Shown: piece by piece, positions 35,201-49,823 of the stretch | Layout of the letters: each line of letters starts with the position of its first letter | How positions within the stretch are numbered: the first letter of the stretch is position 1 | Source of the DNA: Thalia democratica | Lineage: Eukaryota | Reading direction: 5' to 3' | Length of the DNA stretch: 64,000 nucleotides | NCBI GenBank assembly: GCA_965202585.1 | Contig: OZ241833.1 | Span: 24,242,001-24,306,000 of the forward strand | Notes under the pieces: model-generated | What the model saw: the letters and a program-made list of their open reading frames with translations, nothing else | Told to the model about the DNA's origin: nothing | Database searches by the model: none | Program-made: the position numbers and the translations under genes

Positions 35201-38200
35201 TTAATCGGATTCATCGTATGTGGTAGTGTCTATATCTGCGTAGTTTAGTTCAATATTTCTTTCCCTCAAATTGTATGCAGCCGTAGGTCCCAATTTGTTA
35301 CCCTCCGCGTCGAGTTCCTCACGAGGGAAATACCCTTTTACGTTTCTTAATGAGACTTTTATCGGTTTACCATTTTTTTCTATGATCATGGAGTGATCGG
35401 AATAAGAAAGTATTGGGTACGGGCCGTGATATTGTGCACTCAGATGTGATTTATTCTTTTTTCGAATCCACACTTTCTCACAGTCAAAAAGACCAGGCTC
35501 ATAATAAGTATGCTTTTCTGTGTAGCATTTATGTTTTCTATATGCATTCGACATTGTATGAAGGAAGAAATTTGTTTCATAAGTGTCAATCTCCTTATGG
35601 TTGTTGCTGACCTTGTTGAAAAATATCCTACCACTTATATTTGTGCACGTTCCTAATGCTAATTGCGACGGAGTAAACAGATTCCCTTCAACAAACGAGT
35701 TGTTAATGGATGTAGTTATCAGAGGTAAGAGCATAGACCATTTTTCTTTATCGACTAACGTTCTTAATGCAACATTAATACTTCTGTGTTGTCTTTCAAC
35801 AAAACCATTACTTTCCGGACTATAAGGTGGTACGTATCGATGGTCTATACCTAATTGTTGGAATACTTCCTTGAGAAGGCTATTATTAAACTCACATCCA
35901 TTGTCTGTGACAATAACTTGTGGTACTCCAAAAATCCCGCACCACGATTGTATCAGCGCATTTTTTACTGTCTGAGCTTTCTTATTAGGTAAAGGTGTAG
36001 TAACCAAAAATCCGGTACCTCTGTCTTTGATAGTCATAATATATTTGTTATCATCTGAAATTACATTCATTGGACCAATAAGATCCACATGAATAAATTG
36101 GAAACGTTCTGTATTCTTTGGATACAGACCTATTTTAGGTCTATTGTGTCTAAAAGTTTTAGTAGCTTGGCACTCGGCACAGCTCTTACACCAATATTTT
36201 ATGTCAGTCTTCAAAGTTGGCCACCAGTAATCCTTTGCAGTCGCTATTATAGATCTTTCTACTCCCAAATGTAGATATCCGTGAGCTAATTCAAATGCTG
36301 TCAAACGTAATATCGAGGGTAAGATTATACGTTGGTTATCTCCTTCTTGGATTACTGCTAAGTCCTCCGATCCCACATATTTTATTTCCTTTTTTAATTC
36401 TTTGGCTTTCTTTAATAATAAAGGTTCGTTTTTTTGAAGTTGGGCTATTTCTAACTTATTTAATGATGCCGCTGTTATTAACTCTTCTTCATTTTCAGTC
36501 AGATCATCATCTGTGTCAGAACAGCTCAAATCTGTGTTTGAGTTATGAACATAGTCTGGATCGTTATCTTGTAGGGCTATGTGCATGGATGTGCTATGAG
36601 GTGGTCTGCTTAATATATCGGCTACTATGTTATCGGCACCAGCTATATGTTTTATAAAAGGGTTAAACTCCTTGATTGCCGCGATGTAACGTTGTTCCAT
36701 TGGTGACTGATCTTTAATTGGATTTGTGATTGCTTTTTCTACTGACTGACTGTCGGTCCTAATAATAAGTTCACGACCAATTATCCTACTTTGAAAATGT
36801 TTCAAACTTAAATACAGAGCCCTTAGTTCTTTATAAAAAGTAGATCTATATCTCTTAAGGCTAGGAAGTTTTTTCGAAAAGAACGCAAGAGGCCTTTTAT
36901 TTCCATCTATTCCTTCCTGCTCCAACACCGCCCCCACATGAGTTTCGGATGCGTCTGAGTATAATATTAATGGCTTATTGTGATCTTCATAAGCTAAGGT
37001 TGCTGCCTTTGCCAACACCTTCAATGTATCCTTATATGCATTAATTTGGAATTGATTTAGTTTTAGTGGTTTTTTGTTAGTAGCTTTGGGTCCTCCAGAC
37101 AATTCGTTAAGTGGTGCTATGATTTCAGATAATCTTGGAATGTGATGGTAATAATAATTGACTAAACCGATGAATCTTTTTAGTTCCTTTCTATTTGTTG
37201 GCCTCGGTAAATTAATAATTGCTTCTACTTTGCTATCCATGACACCTATACCATCGGCTCCAATTGAATGTCCTAAAAAGTCTACTTTTGATTCTGCTAT
37301 TATACACTTCTTAGCGTTCAAATACAGTCCACTATCTTGTAATGTTTGAAGCACCTTTCTAAGATGCAATTCGTGATCTTTTTTAGATTCACTAAAAACA
37401 AGTATGTCATCCAGATAAACATAAACAAAACCTGTGCAAGGAGTCAAAATATCTTCCATCATCATCTGAAAACGCATCGGCGCATTCATGAGGCCAAATG
37501 TTGTGCGATGAGGGATAAACACACCATGATGAGCAATTATAGCAGCATATTTTTGAGAGTTTGGGTGAATTGGAAGACTGTAGTACGCTTCTTTTAAGTC
37601 AAGACAGGAAAAAATTTTTGACCCATTTGGAATAAACTCAGGAAGCTCATCAATGCGAGGCAATGGGTATGAGATTGGGTTTGTGTGGGCATTTAAGGTT
37701 GTATAATCTATGCAGATTCTTATATTTCCATCCTTTTTTGGTACCATCGTAATTGGTGATACATATATTGCTTCTTGTCCTCTTGACATTGCCCCTCTTA
37801 TTATTAAATCGTTAAAATTTTCCTCAACTATTTTACGTCTCATTCCGTTGCATTTACGTGCTTTAATCATTCTTGGTACTAGATTATTTACTTTTATCTC
37901 AAGTGAATGTCCATGTTTAACTGGTTTATTGTAATCTGGTTCCATCGTAAGTTCTTTGAATTCCTCAAGTATGCTTTTTATATTGTTTTTGTCATCTGAT
38001 TTCTCTTGGTAACTAGTTATTTTGAGTTTTTTACATGGTCCCTCAGCAGCTGTGGTTAATTCCCCAGCTGTATATAGTCTGGCTTTACGATTTAAATTGT
38101 ATTCAAGAATTTCGGAAGTGTGAGGTGAAATAATTAGTTTGTTAGCTTTGAGTATATCCAATCCAATAATTCCATAGTCCCCCGATTCCTTGGTAACCCA

Positions 38201-40348
38201 AAATGTGGCTTTTTTTAAAAGCATATTTCCAATGCTGAGATCCACATCTACACTCCCTATTGGATAAATGGTTGAGTTTCCCAAACCCTTTATTGTTTTA
38301 CTTTTTGGCTGGAAATATTGATTTATTCCATTAGTTAACATTTTCGGTAAGATAGACACTTCACTACCTGAATCGATTAATAACAAGACTCCCGATTTTT
38401 TTTCCAGTGCGAATAGGAGGTTTTTAGGAAGATTTTTTATATCGGTTGTTTCTGTTTTATTTTCTAAAACTGAGCATTGTTTAACCGGAACATTACTTTT
38501 GTCCAAAACCAATTCGTTTATCTTTTTCAAAATATTTTCTAGATTGTTGTTTATTTGATCTGTATTTCCCGAACATGTAGGCATTGTACTTTCATGAATA
38601 TCATTCTCTTTCGTTCCTTTCATGCTTACAGTTAATGAGCTCTTTTGATTTACAAAACTATTTTCTGTGTTATCCACTGGTATTGCTTTGTAACTGCAGT
38701 TTTTATTATCTTCGTCGTATAACTTAGTTTCCTTGTCCTTTGTTAAGTCTGTTTGCATAACAGCAACGTTGCAACTTTTCTGTTGTTGGTGATTCGCAAT
38801 TAGATGATTCATCTTACAATCTTTCCTATTGCAAGAGTAAGCCTCTTTTCCGTATCGCCAATGTTGATAGCATAAGTCACCCTGGTTTGTAAACGGATTT
38901 TGTTTTGCACTAGTTTGTTGGTAGTTCCAATTATTGTTATTGTTTTTATTGTGTGAGTAAAAATCTGGAATTTGATGATTTCGATACGGTCTAAAATTTC
39001 CGTTGTTGTTATTGTTGTAATTAAAATTATTGTTTTTATGTCCGATATTTCGATTGTTATACCTTCTAGGATTTGTACTATAAATTTGATTAGTTCGTGG
39101 CGTTCTATCATAATTTACCGGATTGGAAGGTATATTTTCCTCTTGACAATTCCAAATACCTTGTGTCCTTCTCTTGAAGATATCATAGTTTTCATTAAAG
39201 TTTTCTCTGATTTTTGTTTTCAATGAAAGTGGACTTAAGTAGTAGCAGAAAAATTTTATGCGGTCAACTTTGCTGCTTTCTGCGAATTTAGTTGCATCTG
39301 CGAGGAATACACCAAACGGGGTAGAAGCATCATATTGTGGTACTTTACTGAGAATATCGCTCAGAGAGTCGTCCCTATTAACACAAAAATCACAGAATGA
39401 TTCGAAGTTTCGATGTTCCCTGTCCACTAATCTATAAAAATTCGAAACATCCTCAGTTGGCCATTTTTCGATAAGTATGTTATACTTCACGTAATCATCA
39501 CGTATGTTAAGTCGATGAAATTCTTCCTGGAAATACCCCAATACATCTCTAGGATTTTTTACTTTCTCTATTCTGTTGAATTTTTTTATTAATCTGTCCA
39601 TTTCCATATATTTTCCATATACTGTATGGTTTGAGTTAATATTATCAAAATTTCTATTATAAATATTTTGGTTCTGCATATAATCTTCGTCGCAAAAGTT
39701 GTTTTTATTTGCATACATGTTATTACTGATGTGATGCGTCATGTTATTATCTGTATGTATAAAGTTTTGACTTGTGATCAGATTTTCCAGTTTATTATTA
39801 TTTTCACAAATTTTCTCCCTTATTTTACGAATTTCTTCTTCCGCCTGTTGTCTTCTAAGGTTTTCTTCGCTTATCTTAAGTAATTTATTCATTTCTTCTA
39901 TTTGTATTTCATAGTCTGTTTTCTTAATAATGTTTAAATTATCCTGGGTCGAAATATTATTCTGTTGAAAAAAATTTTTTTGATCATTTTCTAACTTCGT
40001 CGAAGGTATTTTATCCATTTCTGTTTTTTTATTTGCCTGTATAATTCGATCATTAAATAAAGTTCTAGCTTCGTCATAAGTAGGTGTATTGACCTGAAAA
40101 GTTAATCCTTCTGTATCAGTTTTTTTACCTTCTTCGCCCTTATTTTCAACATTTCTATCATTCGGTCCGCTATTCGCTGTTTCATCGAAAGGTGGTACAT
40201 CTGTGCTTGTAGGGAGGACGCCATTATAACCACTGACCGATGGCTCGGTCGTAGTTAGGTTAGGTAATTGCTTATTATTGCTTTTCGCCTTAGTTTGCGA
40301 CCGCGTCATGCGTTTTATGTCGTCCATCGATAAGCGTTTGGACGACAT
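35201..40348 (-). CDS. gag-pol: Gag-Pol polyprotein (Gag with CHCC knuckle, aspartic protease, RT, RNase H, integrase), 1715 aa, single frame
   Basis: CYQHWRYGKEAYSCNRKDC; LLIDSGS; RICIDY...LPRI...LDLKEAY...FGLMNAP...YLDD; SDAS...KELRA...RTDS; H..HLG...WW...C..C; VDL/TDNG/VER catalytic triad; HGPY. The PR-RT-RH-IN order is Ty3/Gypsy. Confidence 0.97.
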   Translation of the reverse strand: MSSKRLSMDDIKRMTRSQTKAKSNNKQLPNLTTTEPSVSGYNGVLPTSTDVPPFDETANSGPNDRNVENKGEEGKKTDTEGLTFQVNTPTYDEARTLFNDRIIQANKKTEMDKIPSTKLENDQKNFFQQNNISTQDNLNIIKKTDYEIQIEEMNKLLKISEENLRRQQAEEEIRKIREKICENNNKLENLITSQNFIHTDNNMTHHISNNMYANKNNFCDEDYMQNQNIYNRNFDNINSNHTVYGKYMEMDRLIKKFNRIEKVKNPRDVLGYFQEEFHRLNIRDDYVKYNILIEKWPTEDVSNFYRLVDREHRNFESFCDFCVNRDDSLSDILSKVPQYDASTPFGVFLADATKFAESSKVDRIKFFCYYLSPLSLKTKIRENFNENYDIFKRRTQGIWNCQEENIPSNPVNYDRTPRTNQIYSTNPRRYNNRNIGHKNNNFNYNNNNNGNFRPYRNHQIPDFYSHNKNNNNNWNYQQTSAKQNPFTNQGDLCYQHWRYGKEAYSCNRKDCKMNHLIANHQQQKSCNVAVMQTDLTKDKETKLYDEDNKNCSYKAIPVDNTENSFVNQKSSLTVSMKGTKENDIHESTMPTCSGNTDQINNNLENILKKINELVLDKSNVPVKQCSVLENKTETTDIKNLPKNLLFALEKKSGVLLLIDSGSEVSILPKMLTNGINQYFQPKSKTIKGLGNSTIYPIGSVDVDLSIGNMLLKKATFWVTKESGDYGIIGLDILKANKLIISPHTSEILEYNLNRKARLYTAGELTTAAEGPCKKLKITSYQEKSDDKNNIKSILEEFKELTMEPDYNKPVKHGHSLEIKVNNLVPRMIKARKCNGMRRKIVEENFNDLIIRGAMSRGQEAIYVSPITMVPKKDGNIRICIDYTTLNAHTNPISYPLPRIDELPEFIPNGSKIFSCLDLKEAYYSLPIHPNSQKYAAIIAHHGVFIPHRTTFGLMNAPMRFQMMMEDILTPCTGFVYVYLDDILVFSESKKDHELHLRKVLQTLQDSGLYLNAKKCIIAESKVDFLGHSIGADGIGVMDSKVEAIINLPRPTNRKELKRFIGLVNYYYHHIPRLSEIIAPLNELSGGPKATNKKPLKLNQFQINAYKDTLKVLAKAATLAYEDHNKPLILYSDASETHVGAVLEQEGIDGNKRPLAFFSKKLPSLKRYRSTFYKELRALYLSLKHFQSRIIGRELIIRTDSQSVEKAITNPIKDQSPMEQRYIAAIKEFNPFIKHIAGADNIVADILSRPPHSTSMHIALQDNDPDYVHNSNTDLSCSDTDDDLTENEEELITAASLNKLEIAQLQKNEPLLLKKAKELKKEIKYVGSEDLAVIQEGDNQRIILPSILRLTAFELAHGYLHLGVERSIIATAKDYWWPTLKTDIKYWCKSCAECQATKTFRHNRPKIGLYPKNTERFQFIHVDLIGPMNVISDDNKYIMTIKDRGTGFLVTTPLPNKKAQTVKNALIQSWCGIFGVPQVIVTDNGCEFNNSLLKEVFQQLGIDHRYVPPYSPESNGFVERQHRSINVALRTLVDKEKWSMLLPLITTSINNSFVEGNLFTPSQLALGTCTNISGRIFFNKVSNNHKEIDTYETNFFLHTMSNAYRKHKCYTEKHTYYEPGLFDCEKVWIRKKNKSHLSAQYHGPYPILSYSDHSMIIEKNGKPIKVSLRNVKGYFPREELDAEGNKLGPTAAYNLRERNIELNYADIDTTTYDESD
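40211..40223 (-). promoter_or_regulatory. Primer binding site (TGGCGTCCTCCCT), 1 nt inside the 5' LTR end and within the gag frame
   Basis: TGG (complement of tRNA CCA) directly follows the LTR end GTTATA plus one A. It predicts a primer ending ...GGAGGACG-CCA; tRNA identity (possibly Asn) is not verified. Confidence 0.75.
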
Positions 40349-41017
40349 GAAATCTTAGTTAAAATATATATATATAATATTAAAACGTTCTAATATATAT
40401 TCTAATATATATTCTAATATAATTATAAAACGTTCTAATGGAACGATCAATAACTTTAATGTATTGAGCTTATTTATAATCTAGTATCTAGAAAACAACT
40501 TTAAGTGAATGGTGAATTTATATACATTTAAAAACAAAACACGACAATGTGATAAAGTAACGTGATGAAGTTCTACCACAACTGACTCGAGGTTTTCTTA
40601 AGCTTAGTGACTGTACGCTGGTTACAATTTACAAAACTCAAGCAATTCTACTATCCTTTGCAGAGCTTCTATTCCCTTTGCCCAATCCGTCAACAACAAC
40701 ACAACAACCCAAAACATCCTTTTAACACACTAAGGAAAACTTATTTATTTTTTTTACTCTCTTCTCTACTTACTACGTCACGCACAAGTCTTTCTGTAAT
40801 TTTCCACTTAAAACTTTGACTCCTTTGATGTAAATTCCACTTAACTTATCTTTGACTCCTTCATTGTACTTCTCGAAACAAGTAGTAAACTACTACTTGT
40901 TATACTACCCTTCCTACCTTACTTAATTGATTTGTTTTTATCTTCTGAGTGCTAAAATATTTGAAGTTATTTTCTCGTTCTAGCTTTTGAAACAAGTAGA
41001 AGCTACTACTTGTTATA
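40225..41017 (-). repeat. 5' LTR (793 bp); contains a candidate TATA box (TTATAAATAAG, 40479-40469) and the gag ATG
   Basis: Identical by eye to 18319-19111 and abutted by the PBS on its inner side. Confidence 0.95.
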
Positions 41018-41021
41018 GTGT
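41018..41021. repeat. Target-site duplication GTGT (right)
   Basis: Matches 18315-18318. Confidence 0.85.
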
Positions 41022-42497
41022 TTTAGTAAAAGTTTCATAAGTAAACAATGCTAAATATCCTAATTAAGCTAAAAGTTACCAAAAATTATAATATTTAAAA
41101 TATAAGAATAGTTCTTACAAGATTACAAAAATTGATTCTCGTTTAATACGTATTATTTTTATAGTTTAAAGTTAGCATAAATACGGGGTTATATATAGTT
41201 GTTGACTTAAAATTTTCATAACCTTTACTATTTGTATAGTTTTATTTCATTTAAATAATTTTATACCATTACTTTTCTTTGTTTTGTATAAGAAAAATAA
41301 CGTGAATGGCATTTAACTTTATACGTATAAAAGCAATTAAAGTAGTTAACTAAAAATTTATGTATGAATTCTTTTAGTTTTTACATGCATACAATACCAA
41401 GTAGTTTTAAATACAAAACAATAAACGCTTTAACAAGACGGAATAATTTGTTCTTCTATTTTTAAGTATGCTGTGTATAGCTTTTCATTTTATTTGTTGC
41501 CGATATTTCTTTTAAAAATTTAAGTATCGACTAGGCTGACTATTTGCTTAGTTTAATTTCTAATCGACCTTTGACTAAATGCTTTTCAAAAGTAAATAAC
41601 AAATTATGTTTGCTTTTTTCACTTCTTTGTTTGGTTAAATAACAACTGCGTAGACTTATTCAGCAATTTTGAGACTTTCTAAACAAAGAATTTTTTTTAG
41701 GCAATTATGTTTATAGCTCAACAACAGTTAGCTAAAGTCAACTGATGCATTTTCAAATGCGTACAGTCTACAAACTCTTGAAAACAGAATAAAATTATTT
41801 TTAAGAAGGAAAAAGAGTAGATGCACTTATTAGAAAAAGTAATTAAAACATTAATAGAGATATACTCAGTTTATTTATAAACCATTGTTATTTAACAAAA
41901 CTTTAACTGTAAAATACTATAAAATTTTCATTGTAGACATGTTGTATTTTAGCTATAGACTTATATTATCTTATATACTAGAAGTAATTTCTATTTTTTG
42001 GAAAAAAAGGTAGTTTTTAATTAAAAAACTTATATAGTTATCATCTTGTTTATTTATAGAATAGATATACTTTATCAAGCATAACTTTATAAAATACTCA
42101 ATTCATAGTAGAGGTGAACAACTTCTTAAGTCGGCGAACGAAATGTGACTGCCTTTTTTAGATAAAAGTTTATTAATTTGTTTTTATAGTACCATCTTTA
42201 TGATTAAAAACAAGTTGCAGATCGTATGATGGTCAAAAATAATTTGAAGTATTGCTACGATAACAATATTTTACCCCTAATAAAGAGGTTTTTTATTTAT
42301 AAAATTGACTAAAAACAAAAATGTAAAATTTCTCACTTAAAACTACTTTTTATTTAAAAAAAATCATGGAAAACATAGCATAAACGACAAATATAACTTT
42401 TAATTTTAGATAAACAGTTAAATGAGTTCATATTTAAACAGTTACATACCTACAATATTTAATTACTTAAAACCTATCACAGCACTTTTTATTAAAA

Positions 42498-43175
42498 ATG
42501 CCCGTTGAGCTGCAATACTGGAACATCCGGGGCAACGCGGAGCCCATCCGGCTGATGATGGAGTATTTGGGCGAGGAGTACGAGGACGTGAGGATGAAGC
42601 AGCTCGCCCCCGACTTCTTCCCCAAGTGGCTCGAGAAGAAGAGCAAGCTGGAGATGGAGCACCCCACGCTGCCGTACATAGTGGACGGCGACGTTAAACT
42701 GTCCATGACCCTGGCCATCATGAAGTACCTGGCGAGGAAGCACGGGAAGCTGCTGCCCACCGACGAGGCGCAGGAGATGAGGTGCGACCAGGGGGAAGGG
42801 GTTTTCGTGGACCTGCGCTTCGTCTTCGCCCTCAACGCGTACAACCCCGGGTTCAGGGAGAACACGAGGAAGTGCTACGACGACATGATGGACAAGCTGC
42901 AGGTGCTGGACAGGGCGATGCGGGGCAGAGAGTGGATGGCCGGGGACCAGCTGACCTACATAGATTTTGGCTTCTTCGAGATTCTCGACCACTTCGAGAT
43001 GTGCTTTCCGAGGTGTTTCGAAGACGGCCGCGTGGTGGCGCTGGGCGAATACAAGAGGAGGTTCGAGGGGATTCCCGCAATTAGAAAGTACAGGGCATCC
43101 GGGAGGTTCGTGGCGATGCCGGTTTACAGCAAGGTGGCCGCGTGGGGCGCATATGAGATCCGCAAGCTCAACTAG
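42498..43175 (+). CDS. GSTM: Glutathione S-transferase, Mu class, 225 aa, single coding exon
   Basis: LQYWNIRGNAEPIRLMMEY (catalytic Tyr7), APDF..W..KK.KL...HPTLPYIVDGDVKL, AIMKYLARKH, and the C-domain N-capping box W.AGDQLTYIDF. Confidence 0.93.
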   Translation: MPVELQYWNIRGNAEPIRLMMEYLGEEYEDVRMKQLAPDFFPKWLEKKSKLEMEHPTLPYIVDGDVKLSMTLAIMKYLARKHGKLLPTDEAQEMRCDQGEGVFVDLRFVFALNAYNPGFRENTRKCYDDMMDKLQVLDRAMRGREWMAGDQLTYIDFGFFEILDHFEMCFPRCFEDGRVVALGEYKRRFEGIPAIRKYRASGRFVAMPVYSKVAAWGAYEIRKLN

Positions 43176-44572
43176 ATTTGTTTTTGAACATAGTTTTTTC
43201 GGAATTGTTTATTTTAATCAATTTTTTTTAAACTTTATATCATGATATATTATTTTTTATTATAAAAAGTTGTTTTTTTAAATATCTTTATTGTCTTTTT
43301 TTTTGTTGTTTGTGACTTGTTGAAAAATTAATTATTCAATATAATTCACCTATACCATTTATATTTTTTAAATTATTAAAATAGTGTTAACTGTTAAGTA
43401 ATAAATATTTGACCACGTTTAAATCTGTACTGTTTTATATTCATTATGTTATCTTTTAAGTTTGATTTTCAAAACTATATTAGAATTCGGGTTTTATATT
43501 TGTTTTTATAAATAAGCAAGATTTGGTAAATATACATGCTAATATGTTGTTTGAAAAATTAGTCTTTATAAAAGCCTTACATAAAATTTTGGAAAACTTT
43601 TTGGTTTTAGTTATTGTGTACAGATAATGCTTCAAAATTACAACAAACTTCAACAAGCTTAATCCGGTTCAGTCTTATTTTTTTATAATACAGCTTTGAT
43701 TTAAACGAAATTGATTATTTTTTAAGGTTTTTAACAGCTGTTCAAGAAAAGAGTAAGCGCAGCATAATTTGATATTTTACTCATTTTCACTTGTCGACAA
43801 CAAACGAATTCTATTGAAATGAAACTACAGACAAACTTAAAGTTGATTTGCTTAGATTCTTAATTTCTAAGTAGTCATGTAGTATACTGATAATACTATT
43901 GGCGAAAGAAAAAGTCCTCAAACAAATTTAAGTTTTTGAACGTTTTTTTAACGATTTAAGTTATTTTAACTATTTTTAAATGTGTTACAATTTTTTTTTA
44001 TCAACGCAGAAAGATTTTAAAATTTTATAATTATTTAACTCATAACACAAACTATGACAAACTTTAAAAATAAACAATAAAAAATAGTATTTTTGGTGTT
44101 TTTTGTTTAGTTAACTTTACATTCTTTTTTTTAGTTCTGTACAAACATTTTAATGTTTTTTCAGTAAACAAAACTATATCAAAAACTAATTGCTAGTTTA
44201 CTTTTTAGTCTACAATATTTATAATAAACTAATATCACCCGTAACAAGTTCTCATGTTAAAAAAAATTAAAATTTTTAGTAAGCAAGTATAATCTTAAGG
44301 TTATGCTTTTCAAAAAGAGTTTTACAATACATTTATACAGTTTTGTAGAACAGTAGTTGTTTTGAAAAATATAGGTAAATCATTTACTAAGTGTAAAAAA
44401 ATAGACTTTTGAATTTTTCTGTTTAAAAAGAAATGGAGCGTGCAGTGTTTTTTTTTTGCATAAAAAACCCATAAAATAATAAAACTTGAAACAGTGTCCA
44501 GTGCGCAGTTTATTTACAACAAGGCTATTTACAACAAGCTATTTACAACAAGGCTACTATCATTCAACATTC

Positions 44573-48417
<3,845 letters not shown>

Positions 48418-49823
48418 TGTATTTTGAAATATGTAAAGTTTTTACAACAAACTAAAGCGAATTTTTAAGCGAGCTTCAGAATAACTGTCCCCTAAAAAAA
48501 TTCATTTCGCTTATATAGGATAATTTTTAACTGATTATTGTTTAAAGTCGTTTAATATAGCGTTATTTTCTCTACAGTGATCTTACATGTACTGCTCAAG
48601 TTTATTGTGTTATGCCACAGAGAGCAAATTATAAACACTCGAAACTTGTGTAGGCGTCTCAACTTTTAATTAAAAACATCAAGTTCAGACACGACGATCG
48701 ATTTTTTAATAATTTCTTACAAACTGCTTCAATACATAAAACGGTTTACTAAATTTGATTATCTATTATTTATCATTGAACGAGTTTAAAACTTATAACT
48801 ATAAAATACAGCTTATAAAACGTTTACTGTTTTTACTTTATACTTTTTAATGCTTTTATTTTGTTTTAACAACCATAAAAAACAAAAATCTAAAATATTA
48901 AAAAACTAATGAAGATATTAACACTATAATCTAACATACATCACACACATAAATTTCATTTCGCATAAAATTGTTTAGTTGGGTTAAAACTTTCTTAAAC
49001 AACCGCTAACTCGTACTTACTACGTAAATGTTTTTTAGCTAAGCTAAGTCTCAAAAAAAAGTAAAAAAATAAAGATAACATAAATTTTCAAGGTAAAATC
49101 ACAATTTTAAAATTAAGAAAAACATACAAAGTATTTGCCAAATAAATCTAATAAAATTAGTAGTGTAATTGCACTTTAAGAGCCTTAAATCTTAATTTTT
49201 ATAATTTTTTTTTTTGAAAAAGATAAAGCATAAGATTTACAAATATTGTTTTAGCTTTTTGAATTTTTCAAATTACTTTTTAAGTTGAGTTCTATTTTAA
49301 AATTAAACTTGTAACCTAGCAAATTTAAGAGGTTACTACAACTTTTGATTTTTAGTAATTTATAATAGAAATAATTACATAGAAAATTTTATTTTCTTTA
49401 TATTATTACAAGTTTAAAACCAGTTTAACTTCAACAAAACAAAGATAATCACCAAAAAATTGCTTTTACTAGAACATTTTTACTATTCTATGTATACTGC
49501 AGAAAACCAAGTAAATTTAAGTCAAAAGAAAACTAACTTGAGGGTTTTGATTTAAGTTATTTAATAATAAATTACTTTTATTGTAGTCATCTTTTAAAAT
49601 CTGTACTAAATTTAAATACTTTAAAATTATTAAACTAATATTACGTTATAAAGCAATTGTTGTAACATTGCAACATTTTGAAAGCAAAATAATTTTATTA
49701 ATGTATAAAAATTGTTGGTTGTTTTAAATAGCATTTGGCAATACTTTTCATTGTTTTAAAAACGCTTACCTTACAATGTTGGGTACACAAATGTTCTAAT
49801 TTATAAAATGATATACTACGCAC

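Larger units (their letters stand above)
18319..41017 (-). mobile_element. Giant 22.7-kb Ty3/Gypsy LTR retroelement with env-like glycoprotein and accessory ORFs (CsRn1/Kabuki-like CHCC Gag)
   Basis: Two 793-bp direct repeats at a constant offset of 21,906 bp, a 4-bp TSD, a PBS next to the 5' LTR, a PPT next to the 3' LTR, an intact Gag-PR-RT-RH-IN ORF, and all long ORFs on the same strand. Confidence 0.95.

Noticed and set aside
18319-41017. Penelope-like pseudo-LTR or DIRS interpretation (ORF start inside the repeat, odd termini)
   Set aside because: The polyprotein has protease, RNase H and a DDE integrase in Gypsy order, and PBS, PPT and TSD are present. No GIY-YIG or tyrosine recombinase and no hammerhead core were seen.
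42498-43175. Horizontal transfer of the GC-rich, intronless GST or CLC
   Set aside because: Their GC level matches intron-containing host exons (tubulin, TSC22D), and both belong to metazoan subfamilies.
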